A stretch of 64,000 nucleotides of DNA from an uncultured Verrucomicrobiae bacterium (GCA_963718565.1 OY970364.1:1536001-1600000), one strand, 5' to 3'; shown: positions 52,581 through 63,180, counted from the stretch's first letter. Numbers and translations: made by a program. Notes: generated by a model not told the origin, from the letters alone.

Positions 52581-53996
52581 TTATTCTTCTTTCATCGCTT
52601 TGACGGTTTCGACAGTCCCTACAGGATCAGCAGCAGAACCAGCAGGCTGGAGCTTAACCTCAGGCTCTTCCTTGGGGATGAATTTTGGATTGCTTTTGAT
52701 TTTCCATAGCGGCAATAGCAAGATCACAGAAACAACTCCACAGATCCCCAAAGCGACAAAGAAACCATACCAACCTGATATTTCAATAATTTTACTGATG
52801 GGATACCCTGCAGTCGCTGCACCAAGGTAAGCGATCCAGCCAACAAAGCCATTGGAAGTTGCGGCTGCTTTTTTATGAGAAAGTTCCACGGCAGCAATCC
52901 CAATGAGCATTTGAGGGCCAAAGATTAAAAAGCCGATCGTGAACATTAAAATATAATCGAGAACAACGCCAGCAGAGGAAAAGTAGAAGCCGGCAATAGC
53001 AAAGATGACCGCAATACTGAATAGGACATTGATCGGTCCGCGTCTTCCTTTAAAAATTTTATCGGATGCCCATCCGGCGGCTAAACTGCCGAAGATCCCT
53101 CCAATTTCAAACCAGAACACGCTTCCGCTAGCGGCAATCATGGAATATCCTTTCTGCTTGATCAGAAACAAAGCGCCAAAGTCATTGATGGCCTGACGGA
53201 TCACATAGACAAAAAAATAAGAAATCGCAAGAATCCAAATGTACTTATTGCTGAGGACATGTTTGAACAGCATCTCTTTGACGGAGATTTCTTTATCCTC
53301 AGAATGTTTAGCCGCAGGATAGTCGTTTTTAAACTTCTCAATGGGCGGAAGTCCGAGAGATTGAGGAGTATCCCGGAGACGGTTCATCAAAAAAAGACCA
53401 ACTCCAATGCAAGTGACACCGGGGACATACATCGCATAGCGCCATCCCCATGTTTGCGCACAGAATGCCGCGACCAAAGGAATAAGCGCGCCGCCAACAC
53501 TGTGCGAGCTACTGCAAAATCCCCACCAGGTCCCTCTTTCTTTTTGAGAATACCAGTGTGTCAGGAGCCTAGCGCAAGGCGGCCAGCCCCATCCTTGGAA
53601 CAAACCGTTTAACCCCCAAAAGATTGCAAAAAAGACAATGGAAGAGGACATCCCAAAACAAAGATTGAAAACCCCAGTCAAAATCAATCCAATTGCCATA
53701 AAGTAACGAGGATTGGATCTATCCGCGAGGATGCCGCTTAAGAATTTACTGAGCCCATAAGTCATCGCAAGGATGCTACTTAAGATGCCAAGGTCGCTAA
53801 TTTGCAATCCCAAATCTTGCATCAAAACAGGCATCGCAAACGTAAAGCTTTTTCGAGTAAAATAGTAGAAAATGTATCCGACGTACATCCCGTAGAAAAT
53901 GCGCCAGCGCCAGTACTTGTAGTGTTTATTGACCGCGTCGGGATCCTGAATTTCAGGAGTAGAAGGGGGCGGCTTCAATATGTCTAGTATACTCAC
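52581..53996 (-). CDS. uhpC: Hexose-phosphate MFS transporter
   Basis: YYFTRK; QGWGWPPC; ERGTWWG; FGPQMLIG. Confidence 0.92.
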   Translation of the reverse strand: MSILDILKPPPSTPEIQDPDAVNKHYKYWRWRIFYGMYVGYIFYYFTRKSFTFAMPVLMQDLGLQISDLGILSSILAMTYGLSKFLSGILADRSNPRYFMAIGLILTGVFNLCFGMSSSIVFFAIFWGLNGLFQGWGWPPCARLLTHWYSQKERGTWWGFCSSSHSVGGALIPLVAAFCAQTWGWRYAMYVPGVTCIGVGLFLMNRLRDTPQSLGLPPIEKFKNDYPAAKHSEDKEISVKEMLFKHVLSNKYIWILAISYFFVYVIRQAINDFGALFLIKQKGYSMIAASGSVFWFEIGGIFGSLAAGWASDKIFKGRRGPINVLFSIAVIFAIAGFYFSSAGVVLDYILMFTIGFLIFGPQMLIGIAAVELSHKKAAATSNGFVGWIAYLGAATAGYPISKIIEISGWYGFFVALGICGVVSVILLLPLWKIKSNPKFIPKEEPEVKLQPAGSAADPVGTVETVKAMKEE

Positions 53997-54219
53997 AAAG
54001 ACTCCTCTTTTTCTACTTCTCGATAATGTTTTGACATGCGCATTTCTCAATCAGACCCACAGGACGATTTCAAAAGCACTAGTATTTTTACTAAAATTTT
54101 CAGACGAAGGGAAGTTAAAAATAAATTCCACAAGCATTAAACTTTTTTCTTTTAGATGATTGGAACCATTATATCAGAGATTGATTTTTAGATGTCACTT
54201 CAGGCATGAATGCCATTGT

Positions 54220-54843
54220 ATGAGCGATTTAGACAAAAACATCTATCGGAAGGAAGAACCTTCTCCTTACGAAAAAATTGTCGTCCATCCTATTGAGAAA
54301 GATCGAAAGGAAAGAGAATCTTTTACAAGCTTAAAAAACGCGACCCGTTCGCAAATCTATGCGGCCTTACTGTCCTTTTTTAAAAAAATTCTTTCTTCTT
54401 TTTCTTCTAAAGAAAAAGGTCAAATTCTTATCCTTGATCTTCAGCATCTGATAGAACATATCGTTATCTTTAGACAACAGCTCATAACGCTTTCATTAGA
54501 GGATCAAAGCCATAATCCTGATTTTACGCAGCAATTGTCCGACTTATGGCACCTCATTTTGGAGGCTTGCCACTCCCTTTCTTTCTCATCGGATTCATCT
54601 AAGATTTTGGCTAAAGTGAAATTTTTTATCTCACAGGTCCAAAATTTTCCTCCTGGAGCAGACCACACTCTCGGCTATTATTTCACGGAATATGCTGGGA
54701 AAGATTGGATCCCATTTCCTTTCATGGAATTGCTACAACAGCTTCATGAAGAATACAATGCGAGCCCTGTGATCAGCGTGCTCAACAACTGGCTCGCGCT
54801 TCTCAACGAAATCCTTGGACTTGCCGGCTTCAAGCCCGAATAA
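54220..54843 (+). CDS. Hypothetical protein
   Basis: About 207-aa ORF filling the uhpC-hisS gap. Confidence 0.7.
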   Translation: MSDLDKNIYRKEEPSPYEKIVVHPIEKDRKERESFTSLKNATRSQIYAALLSFFKKILSSFSSKEKGQILILDLQHLIEHIVIFRQQLITLSLEDQSHNPDFTQQLSDLWHLILEACHSLSFSSDSSKILAKVKFFISQVQNFPPGADHTLGYYFTEYAGKDWIPFPFMELLQQLHEEYNASPVISVLNNWLALLNEILGLAGFKPE

Positions 54844-54926
54844 AGAGGGAATTAATAAACCCTCTTTACTCTTTAGGAATAAGGAGATATATTTTTCTTC
54901 TTTGTCTGATTTTTAGGTATGCTCCC

Positions 54927-56228
54927 ATGGACTATTCCATTGCAAAAGGAACATTCGACATTCTTCCTTTCGAGGTGGACGAAGAAGGTAAATGGCGCGA
55001 ATCGGGGCATTGGCTCCATCTTGAAGAAGTAATGCGGCGCACTGCTCAAGATTATGGTTTTAAGGAAATACGCACACCGATTTTCGAACGCACCGAGCTC
55101 TTTATTCGTGGCGTTGGAGAAAGTTCCGACATCGTCATGAAAGAAATGTACACATTCATGGACCGCGGAGAACGGTCGATGACGTTGCGCCCTGAAGGCA
55201 CAGCTCCTGTTATGCGCGCTTTCGTGGAAAAAAAACTCTATTCTCTACCCGGACTACATAAATTTTATTACATCGGCCCGATGTTCCGGTACGAACGGCC
55301 TCAAGCAGGAAGATATCGGCAACACCATCAATTCGGTGCGGAAGCGATAGGCATTGGGGCGCCGGAACAAGATGCCGAATTGATCGATATGGCTTGTGAG
55401 ATCTACCGTCGACTGAGACTTAAAAACTTGACTGTGCAGATCAATTCCGTGGGCGATGTAGAATCGCGCGCCGCTTATAAAAAAGCTTTAACTGCATATT
55501 TGGCACCTTTCTTTAATGACTTGTCCGAAGACAGCCAAGCACGTTTTACAAAAAACATTTTACGCATTTTAGACTCCAAAGACGTCAAAGATCAAAAAAT
55601 CCTCGAAGAAGCTCCGATCCTTGCTCATTTTCTTACTCCAGAGGCAAAGGCGCATTTTGAAAAAGTTTTGCATCTTCTCGAAGATTTAAAAATCTCATAC
55701 GCAGTCGATCCCAAACTGGTGAGAGGATTAGACTACTATGTCAAAACGGTTTTCGAAGTGACGACAGAAGTTCTTGGAGCACAAAACTCTATCGGCGCCG
55801 GTGGACGCTTTGATGGTCTAACAGCGACTATCGGTGGGCCCACTCTTCCTTCTGCTGGCTTTGCGACCGGGATGGAGCGGATTTTACAAACCATGCTCAA
55901 ACAAAACGTTCCCTTTCCGGCAATTTCGCACTCCCTTGTTTTTTTAGTCCCGATCGGAGAAGAAGCGATGCGTTGTGCTTTTGAACTCGTCTGCCGATTA
56001 AGGCGTGAAAAAATTCCTGCAGAGATCGACCTTAGCGGTAAAAAAATTCAACACGGCTTGCAACTTGCAAACCAACTTCGTGCTGAATACGCGATTGTTA
56101 TCGGGGAAGAAGAGCTCTCTAGCAAAGTGGTAAAACTTAAAAATATGTCAACAAGAGAGTCCGCTGATTGCCCTCTGGACGAGCTCATCCCTAAACTTAA
56201 GGCTTTATTTGAGAAATCCCATGTTTGA
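54927..56228 (+). CDS. hisS: Histidyl-tRNA synthetase
   Basis: LRPEGTA; FRYERPQAGRYRQ; LVRGLDYY. Confidence 0.98.
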   Translation: MDYSIAKGTFDILPFEVDEEGKWRESGHWLHLEEVMRRTAQDYGFKEIRTPIFERTELFIRGVGESSDIVMKEMYTFMDRGERSMTLRPEGTAPVMRAFVEKKLYSLPGLHKFYYIGPMFRYERPQAGRYRQHHQFGAEAIGIGAPEQDAELIDMACEIYRRLRLKNLTVQINSVGDVESRAAYKKALTAYLAPFFNDLSEDSQARFTKNILRILDSKDVKDQKILEEAPILAHFLTPEAKAHFEKVLHLLEDLKISYAVDPKLVRGLDYYVKTVFEVTTEVLGAQNSIGAGGRFDGLTATIGGPTLPSAGFATGMERILQTMLKQNVPFPAISHSLVFLVPIGEEAMRCAFELVCRLRREKIPAEIDLSGKKIQHGLQLANQLRAEYAIVIGEEELSSKVVKLKNMSTRESADCPLDELIPKLKALFEKSHV

Positions 56229-58011
56229 TTATCGAAGAACCCATACTTGCGGAGAGTTGAACCGCTCTCACCTCAAACAAAACGTCACTCTGTCAGGATG
56301 GGTCCATCGCCGTCGCGACCATGGAGGATTGATCTTCATCGATGTGCGCGACCGCTTTGGTCTGACACAGTTGATTTTCGACCCCGAAGTCGTCCCTAAA
56401 GAAATGTTCGAGAAAGCTTCTCGCCTTCGTAGCGAGTGGGTCATTTCCATTAAAGGAACAGTAATCCCGAGGGCGGACGGCATGGCAAATCCTAAATTGT
56501 ACACCGGCGAGATCGAAATCCAGGTTAAAGAACTTGAGCTCCTCTCATCCGCAAAAACTCCTCCCTTTTCTATTTGCGATGAAGAAACGGACGTTAACGA
56601 AGAGCTGCGTTTGAAATATCGTTATCTTGACATTCGGCGAGGCGATATCGCTAGAAAACTAGAGATTCGCCACAAAGCAATGCTTGCGACGCGCAATCAT
56701 ATGAGCAAGCACGGATTTCTTGAGATTTCTACTCCAATCCTAGCGAAATCCACTCCGGAAGGTGCACGCGATTTCCTCGTCCCGTCCAGAATCCATCCGG
56801 GAAACTTTTATGCGTTGCCTCAATCTCCCCAACTCTTCAAACAGTTGTTCATGGTTGCTGGAATGGACCGCTATTTTCAGATTGCTCCCTGTTTCAGAGA
56901 TGAAGACTTAAGAGCAGACCGCCAACCTGAATTTACTCAGATCGACATAGAAATGAGCTTTGGGACCCCAGGAGATCTTATGCATCTCTTAGAGGGGCTG
57001 ATAGCTACGATTTTTAAAGAATCTATTGAAGTGGAAATCCCGCGCAATTTTCCACAGATGAAATACCGCGATTGTTTGGAAAAATATGGAACCGACCGAC
57101 CGGACCTTCGTTTCGAAATGCCCCTGATGCGCATCGATGATATTGCAGGGCGTTCCACATTCGCAGTCTTTCTTGAACAACTCGCTGCAGGAGGTGTCGT
57201 CAAAGCGATTTGCGTCAAAGGAGGCGCGGACATTTCAAGAAAAGAGATTGAAAATTATACGCAATTTGTCAGTAAATTTGGCCTTAGTGGGCTCGCATGG
57301 ATGAAAAACACCCCTGAAGGACTCTCTTCTAGTATTGTGAAATTCTTTTCTCAAGATCTACTTGACGAACTCACTAGCCGCCTAAACATCGAACAGAATG
57401 ATTTGGTCCTGATCGCAGCTGCACCTGAGGATCGTGTGAATCAAGGGATGGACCATCTGAGAAGAAAACTCGCTAGAGATCGCAATTTAATCCATCCTGA
57501 TGCTTTGAATTTTCTTTGGGTGACAGATTTCCCATTGCTCCGCTGGAATGCCGAAGAAAGACGACTCGAAAGCGAACATCATCCCTTCACTTCACCGCAT
57601 TTTGAGGATATTTCGCTTTTAGACAGCGAACCTCTTAAAGCGAGAGCATTGGCCTATGATCTCGTCCTAAACGGCTACGAAATTGGCGGCGGCTCGCAGC
57701 GCATTCACAGCAGCGAGCTACAAGAAAAAATTTTCCGCACTCTCAATTTAACATCGGAAGAGATCAAAGATAAATTTGGTTTTTTTGTGGAAGCCTTGCA
57801 ATATGGCACACCCCCGCATTTAGGTTTGGCTTGCGGCTTGGATAGAATTGTCATGGTGCTCAGCAAAACTGAGAATATCCGCGATGTCATTGCATTTCCA
57901 AAAACACAAAAGGCCAGCGATCTGATGATGCAGTGCCCATCGAAAGTGTCGTCAAAACAGCTCGGAGAGCTTAAAATCAAAGCCGAACCCGTTGAAATCA
58001 GTTGGATTTAA
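56221..58011 (+). CDS. aspS: Aspartyl-tRNA synthetase
   Basis: RRRDHGGLIF; LPQSPQLFKQ; RQPEFTQ. Confidence 0.98.
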   Translation: MFDYRRTHTCGELNRSHLKQNVTLSGWVHRRRDHGGLIFIDVRDRFGLTQLIFDPEVVPKEMFEKASRLRSEWVISIKGTVIPRADGMANPKLYTGEIEIQVKELELLSSAKTPPFSICDEETDVNEELRLKYRYLDIRRGDIARKLEIRHKAMLATRNHMSKHGFLEISTPILAKSTPEGARDFLVPSRIHPGNFYALPQSPQLFKQLFMVAGMDRYFQIAPCFRDEDLRADRQPEFTQIDIEMSFGTPGDLMHLLEGLIATIFKESIEVEIPRNFPQMKYRDCLEKYGTDRPDLRFEMPLMRIDDIAGRSTFAVFLEQLAAGGVVKAICVKGGADISRKEIENYTQFVSKFGLSGLAWMKNTPEGLSSSIVKFFSQDLLDELTSRLNIEQNDLVLIAAAPEDRVNQGMDHLRRKLARDRNLIHPDALNFLWVTDFPLLRWNAEERRLESEHHPFTSPHFEDISLLDSEPLKARALAYDLVLNGYEIGGGSQRIHSSELQEKIFRTLNLTSEEIKDKFGFFVEALQYGTPPHLGLACGLDRIVMVLSKTENIRDVIAFPKTQKASDLMMQCPSKVSSKQLGELKIKAEPVEISWI

Positions 58012-58068
58012 AATAGAGATCAGTTAACTTCGTGAACTGACTCTAATCTTGATTACCTGTGAGAAGCT

Positions 58069-58851
58069 ATGAAAAAACAAATTAGAATCCTTTCCTTACT
58101 CAGCCTCATTGCTATTTTTTCTGTGTGCGCAGAAGAAAAAGCAGCAGCTCAACCGAAGACAACGCAGGCTGCGGCGCAACCTGCAGCTCCAACGAATCAG
58201 CCTGTCGAAATCGCACGGCTATCTGAAGCATTTGGACATGTGATTGGCAAAAATCTCGAAAATATCGGTGTGAAATTCGATATGGTTCAAGTGATCAAAG
58301 GGCTTGAAGATGCCATTGCCGGCAAAGAATCTCCCATGTCAGAAATGGAATGCATACAGGCCATTGCTTCCGTGCAAGAAAAAATTTTCAAAGAGCAATG
58401 CACGGAAAATCTCAAAAGAGCAGAAACTTTTTTGGCTGATAATGCCAGGGCTGAAGGAGTCGTCGCTTTAGAAGATGGAAAAGTGCAATACCGCGTTCTC
58501 GAAAAAGGAACTGGGGCAGAGATCGAGTCTCACTTTTCTCCACAGATCAGATATACAGGCAAATATCTCGATGGATCTGTTTTTGGTGCATCGAAAGAGG
58601 AAGAGACAATTTCACTGGATGAAATCATTCCTGGGTTGAAAGCCGGTCTGGTTGGGATGAGAGAAGGGGAAAAACGCACCCTCTATATCCACCCCGACCT
58701 CGCTTATGGCACAAATGGATATCTTCCTCCTAATTCGTTGCTAACATTCGACATTGAAATTGTGAAAGCCAACGCTCCCATTAAAGAAACGGTTGAACCA
58801 GATATCCAAGCAAAGAATGAAATAGCCGAAGTCAAAACAGACATTCGATAA
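58069..58851 (+). CDS. mip: FKBP-type PPIase (Mip)
   Basis: Signal peptide; IIPGL..GL.GM.EGEKR; PPNSLLTF. Confidence 0.9.
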   Translation: MKKQIRILSLLSLIAIFSVCAEEKAAAQPKTTQAAAQPAAPTNQPVEIARLSEAFGHVIGKNLENIGVKFDMVQVIKGLEDAIAGKESPMSEMECIQAIASVQEKIFKEQCTENLKRAETFLADNARAEGVVALEDGKVQYRVLEKGTGAEIESHFSPQIRYTGKYLDGSVFGASKEEETISLDEIIPGLKAGLVGMREGEKRTLYIHPDLAYGTNGYLPPNSLLTFDIEIVKANAPIKETVEPDIQAKNEIAEVKTDIR

Positions 58852-58932
58852 TATTCTCCCAATTCTTGAGAAAAAAAACAATATCCTTTATGAGGCATGG
58901 AGACAACAAGATTGTCTCCACTTAATTAGCCT

Positions 58933-61089
58933 ATGCGTCTGTTTAAAGTGTCCCTCACATTTCAAATGGCGGTTGCCACAGTCCTTGGCATCCTTTGTGG
59001 ACTTTTTTTCGGAGACCTCTGCGACGTTTTTTCTCCTTACGCATCTGCTTACATCATGCTCCTCAAAGTCACAGCCGTACCTTATCTTATCGGCGCCATT
59101 GTCCATGGTGTCGGTCAGCTAAGTTCTTATCAAGCTAAGCAGATTTTAAAACGGGGATTGATTTTTATTAGCATCGCTTGGTTGATCAACATTGTGATGG
59201 TTTATGGCATCACCTATCTTTTCCCACATCCTAAATCCACGCAGCTCGGCGGATATATTTCTGGAGAAATCCCCAAATTGAACTTCGCAGAACTGCTGAT
59301 CCCCGACAATATCTTCTATGACCTAGCAAATAACGTTGTGCCTGCCATTGTGATTTTTTCCCTTCTCATCGGCATCGCCCTGATGCTCCTCAAAGAAAAA
59401 GATGTCATCATGAAAGGGATGGAAAATCTTGTCGAAGCTCTAACCCGCATTACCTCTTGGATTGCCCGCATCACACCGCTCGGCACTTTTCTTATTATTG
59501 CCAACCAGATTGGAACCATTCAATTTTCCACCGTCAAACAAGTCAGCACATATGTGATTCTATATATCTTCGGAGTCTGCACTATCATTTTTTGGATATT
59601 CCCCCGTCTGACCCACATATTGACAGGCATCCCTTCTTATAAGTGGCTGCAGCAGCTGCTCCCCATATTACTTCTCGCTTATACAACCAATGTGGTGATC
59701 GTCTGCCTGCCCTATATTATCGAACTGCTAAAAAAAGAAACTCAACTTCTTGATCCCAATGATGGAAGGGCGCAAAACCAGATCCAAGGGACTGTCTCCG
59801 TCGTCTTCAATTTGCCGCTGGGCTCTTTTTTTATCACTGTATTCGTTTTTTTTGTTTCCACTTTTTACAATGTTCCTTTAATGATCGGTTCTCAGATCGA
59901 ACTCTTTGTCACCACATTCCTGACTAGTTTAGGCGCTGTCGGACTCGGTTCATGGATCAATAGCCTGACTTTCATCCTCGACTCTCTTGGACTTCCTCTT
60001 GAATCCATCAATCTCTATTTGGCAACTCTGCCCTTCACAGCAGGTTTCCAGTCGATGATCTCCGTCATTGAAATCGCTTCTCTTTCGCTTTTTATTACCC
60101 TTTCTTGCCGCAATATGATCGTGTTAAAGTGGGGGAGAATTCTCAAAAACGGCTTATTCACTCTCATTCCGGTCTTGCTCGTTTTTTTCGGAATTAAACT
60201 GTTCAACCCTCTTCCCGAAATTAAAAATGAGATCAAGAGCATTTATGAGTTAAATATTTCCTCATCCATCCCCATAAAAATTCACAAAAAACTCCCGTCT
60301 CCCACTGAAGCCGTTAGCGGCGATACCTTTGATCGCATTCTCACAACAAAGATAATTCGCGTTGGATACAATCCCAATTATGCTCCCTTTTGCTTTTTCA
60401 ATGTGGATGGCAATATCGTCGGCTATGATATCGCTTTCGCTTATGACTTAGCCTATGATCTTGGCTGCCAATTGGAACTTGTCCCTTTAGACTATCGTCA
60501 TCTTGTCGAAGAGCTCAACGGTCGATATTACGATATTGCCATGTCGGCCGTAACTATCAACGAGTCCCGTTTGAAAGCCCTCACCTTTACCAACTCTTAC
60601 ATGACACCACGCCTTGTTCTAGTTGTTAAAGAGAAAATGAAAAAGAAATTTGCAAATATCGACACTGTCATTGAGAACAAAAAAATGAAGATCGCAGTCT
60701 TAAGAGGCTCCGCTTATGAAGCCGCTGTAAGAGACATCTTCCCAAGCAAAGAGGTCATTTATCTCGACACCTATGATGAATTTGACTCTTGCGATCCTTA
60801 TGTCGCGCTGCTATGGGAAGAGGCGGAAGCGGCCGCATGGATGCTTTGCCATCGAAATTTCCGGATTCTTTTTTACGCCCCACCTTTGGGTTTTGACTCT
60901 CTAGCCTATGCTATCCGCAGCGACAGCCAACGTTTTCTGCATTATCTCAATCAATGGCTCGAATTAAAAAAATCTGAAGGCTTCACCGAAAAACAATACA
61001 ATTTATGGGTCAAAGGCAAAACCGAAATCGCAGCGCCTGTGGAGCCTCGATGGTCAATCATTCGCAATGTTTTGCATTGGGTGGATTGA
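58933..61089 (+). CDS. Dicarboxylate/amino acid:cation symporter fused to a family-3 solute-binding domain
   Basis: IPDNIF..LANN..PAIVIF membrane domain; VGY..YAPF..GYDI..AMSAV C-terminal domain. Confidence 0.85.
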   Translation: MRLFKVSLTFQMAVATVLGILCGLFFGDLCDVFSPYASAYIMLLKVTAVPYLIGAIVHGVGQLSSYQAKQILKRGLIFISIAWLINIVMVYGITYLFPHPKSTQLGGYISGEIPKLNFAELLIPDNIFYDLANNVVPAIVIFSLLIGIALMLLKEKDVIMKGMENLVEALTRITSWIARITPLGTFLIIANQIGTIQFSTVKQVSTYVILYIFGVCTIIFWIFPRLTHILTGIPSYKWLQQLLPILLLAYTTNVVIVCLPYIIELLKKETQLLDPNDGRAQNQIQGTVSVVFNLPLGSFFITVFVFFVSTFYNVPLMIGSQIELFVTTFLTSLGAVGLGSWINSLTFILDSLGLPLESINLYLATLPFTAGFQSMISVIEIASLSLFITLSCRNMIVLKWGRILKNGLFTLIPVLLVFFGIKLFNPLPEIKNEIKSIYELNISSSIPIKIHKKLPSPTEAVSGDTFDRILTTKIIRVGYNPNYAPFCFFNVDGNIVGYDIAFAYDLAYDLGCQLELVPLDYRHLVEELNGRYYDIAMSAVTINESRLKALTFTNSYMTPRLVLVVKEKMKKKFANIDTVIENKKMKIAVLRGSAYEAAVRDIFPSKEVIYLDTYDEFDSCDPYVALLWEEAEAAAWMLCHRNFRILFYAPPLGFDSLAYAIRSDSQRFLHYLNQWLELKKSEGFTEKQYNLWVKGKTEIAAPVEPRWSIIRNVLHWVD

Positions 61090-61148
61090 AAAGGGAAAGG
61101 TTGAAAGAACTGAAGAAATTCAGGTTATACCCTTTTTGATAAAGAGTA

Positions 61149-61475
61149 TTATTTAGCGCCTTCAATGAAATTCTTAACTGTCGCTGCGTCGCGCAATCCG
61201 ACAAGACGCCCGACCTCTTTGCCTTCTTTATAAAGAATTAACGTGGGAATTGAAGTGACTTGAAATTGAGAAGCAATTTTTTGCGCCTTATCGATATCCA
61301 ATTTACCGACTACAGCCTTTCCTTTGACATCTTTAGCCACTTTTTCAAGAACAGGAGTCATCATCCGGCAAGGGCCGCACCAATCAGCATAAAAATCCAC
61401 CAACACAAGACCGTGTTGAATCTCTTTATTAAAAGTTTCTTCCGCCAATAACTTAATCTCTTCATGACCGGCCAT
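61149..61475 (-). CDS. trxA: Thioredoxin
   Basis: WCGPC. Confidence 0.96.
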   Translation of the reverse strand: MAGHEEIKLLAEETFNKEIQHGLVLVDFYADWCGPCRMMTPVLEKVAKDVKGKAVVGKLDIDKAQKIASQFQVTSIPTLILYKEGKEVGRLVGLRDAATVKNFIEGAK

Positions 61476-61595
61476 ATGCCCCTCCGCATTCGTTACAGCG
61501 ATCATAACAATTTTCTATTTTTTTGCACAGATTCTTAAAATAACATAAATCCTTTCCCTAAAAAGAATTTCACCTTACAATTTACCATTTTTTCT

Positions 61596-61679
61596 GCGGT
61601 CATGGCGGAATTGGTAGACGCGCTAGATTCAGGTTCTAGTCGGGGAAACTCGGTGGATGTTCGAGTCATCTTGACCGCA
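61596..61679 (+). tRNA. tRNA-Leu(CAG)
   Basis: GCGGTCA/TGACCGC acceptor stem; TTCAGGT anticodon loop; long variable arm; TTCGAG. Confidence 0.95.
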
Positions 61680-61703
61680 ATCAATCATTCAGAGGGCTTG
61701 CTT

Positions 61704-62330
61704 ATGTTTCCTGATAAGCGAATCGCTATCATTTGCAATGCACCCATTGAGGATGCTGCACAGGTTAAAGAGAAAATTAAAAGTTTTCCTATCCTCATCG
61801 CCGTTGATGGGGGCATTAATCATTGCTACAAATTGGGGATTCGGCCTGATTTGATTGTCGGTGATTTTGATTCGGCCGATCCTACATTCTTGAAGGATTT
61901 CAACGGCATTCCAGAAAAAAGATATCCGAAAGATAAAGACAAAACTGACTTAGAGATTGCCCTAGAATTAATTGATCATGCCAATATAGAAGCAATTTCA
62001 ATCTTCGGTGCGCTTGGCGGAAGGACCGACCATACTTTAGGCAATCTGATTCTTCTTTCTCGCTACCCTGGAAAAGTTTTTCTTGAGACAGACAAGGAAA
62101 GGCTATTTGTAATCAACCATCAGGTGGAAATTGCGACTTATCCCCATCAATTGATCTCCTTGATTCCCTTGAACGGACCGGTGACTGGAATTGATACGAA
62201 AAACCTGAAATGGGAACTTAAAAATGGGACACTCGATAAACAATTTATCGGCATTTGCAATGAGGCACTAGGCCAAGTGGTCACGATTTCTGTAAAGGAA
62301 GGCGACCTTCTCTGTTGTGTTAACACCTGA
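61704..62330 (+). CDS. thiN: Thiamine pyrophosphokinase
   Basis: AVDGG; VGDFDS; KDKTDLE; GGRTDH. Confidence 0.93.
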   Translation: MFPDKRIAIICNAPIEDAAQVKEKIKSFPILIAVDGGINHCYKLGIRPDLIVGDFDSADPTFLKDFNGIPEKRYPKDKDKTDLEIALELIDHANIEAISIFGALGGRTDHTLGNLILLSRYPGKVFLETDKERLFVINHQVEIATYPHQLISLIPLNGPVTGIDTKNLKWELKNGTLDKQFIGICNEALGQVVTISVKEGDLLCCVNT

Positions 62331-62338
62331 GTTCTTAA

Positions 62339-62502
62339 CCTGAGTTTTGGGTTCATTTTATAGTAGATTGCCGTAGATTTCGAGGCGATTTTTGCAAATT
62401 TTGGCGCGGTCAATAGCTGGAGGCACCTATGGACGCACCAAAATTTGCGAAAAGCGCCCGAAAGGTATGGCAAGATACTATGAAATGAACCCAAAACTCA
62501 GG
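62339..62502. repeat. 164-bp fully self-complementary MITE with 7-bp flanking duplication TTCTTAA
   Basis: CCTGAGTTTTGGGTTCATTT / AAATGAACCCAAAACTCAGG. Confidence 0.88.
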
Positions 62503-62505
62503 TTC

Positions 62506-63177
62506 TTAAGGAGGAATCCCCCGCGCACCCTTTTCATACCATGAACGCAGCGCGCGGATCGATGCAGCAAGTTTTACTGTTAGTGCAGTTTGCGCTTCTC
62601 TTTTTTCCAAATGAGCAAATTGCTCCCACAAAATGGGACTACCAAAAACACAGGCCGTCTTTCCCCATAATCTTGGAAATTTTCTTTTGCGATTCCAAAT
62701 CTTAAACGTCCCATGAACATAAGCAGGTACGACTGCGGTTTTTGAACGAGACACCAACATTGCAATTCCAGGCTTCAATACGCCCAGCTCATCTTTCCAC
62801 CCCCTTGTTCCTTCGGGGAAAAGAATGATCTTTTTACCTTCATTAAGAAGAGAACAGATCAGTTTAAACACGACAACATCACCCGCGTCTCCGCTCACCG
62901 GATGGGAATTGAGCTTGCGAATAAGCCATCCAAAGACAGCATTTTTGAACAGGCCTTCTCGAGCTAAAAAATGCACCTCTTCCGGCCAGGAAATGGCTAA
63001 GATCGGCGGATCAAGATTAGAAGAATGATTGGAGGCGATAATGGCAGCTTTGCCATAAAAATGCTCTAAACCATAGACTTTATGCCGATAAAAGATTTTA
63101 AAAAAGCACCACGCAAAAAAAAGGACCGCCCGGTAGAGATATGTCATGGGGATTTTGCGCGCCCAAGCAGGATTCAT
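62506..63177 (-). CDS. plsC: 1-acyl-glycerol-3-phosphate acyltransferase
   Basis: NHSSNLDP; FPEGTR. Confidence 0.92.
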   Translation of the reverse strand: MNPAWARKIPMTYLYRAVLFFAWCFFKIFYRHKVYGLEHFYGKAAIIASNHSSNLDPPILAISWPEEVHFLAREGLFKNAVFGWLIRKLNSHPVSGDAGDVVVFKLICSLLNEGKKIILFPEGTRGWKDELGVLKPGIAMLVSRSKTAVVPAYVHGTFKIWNRKRKFPRLWGKTACVFGSPILWEQFAHLEKREAQTALTVKLAASIRALRSWYEKGARGIPP

Positions 63178-63180
63178 AAT

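Noticed and set aside
52581..53996. uhpC as a novel host-interaction gene
   Set aside because: Well-known conserved chlamydial glucose-6-phosphate transporter
61602..61703. N-terminal extension of the thiN ORF
   Set aside because: It is a translation of tRNA-Leu(CAG); the true start is ATG 61704
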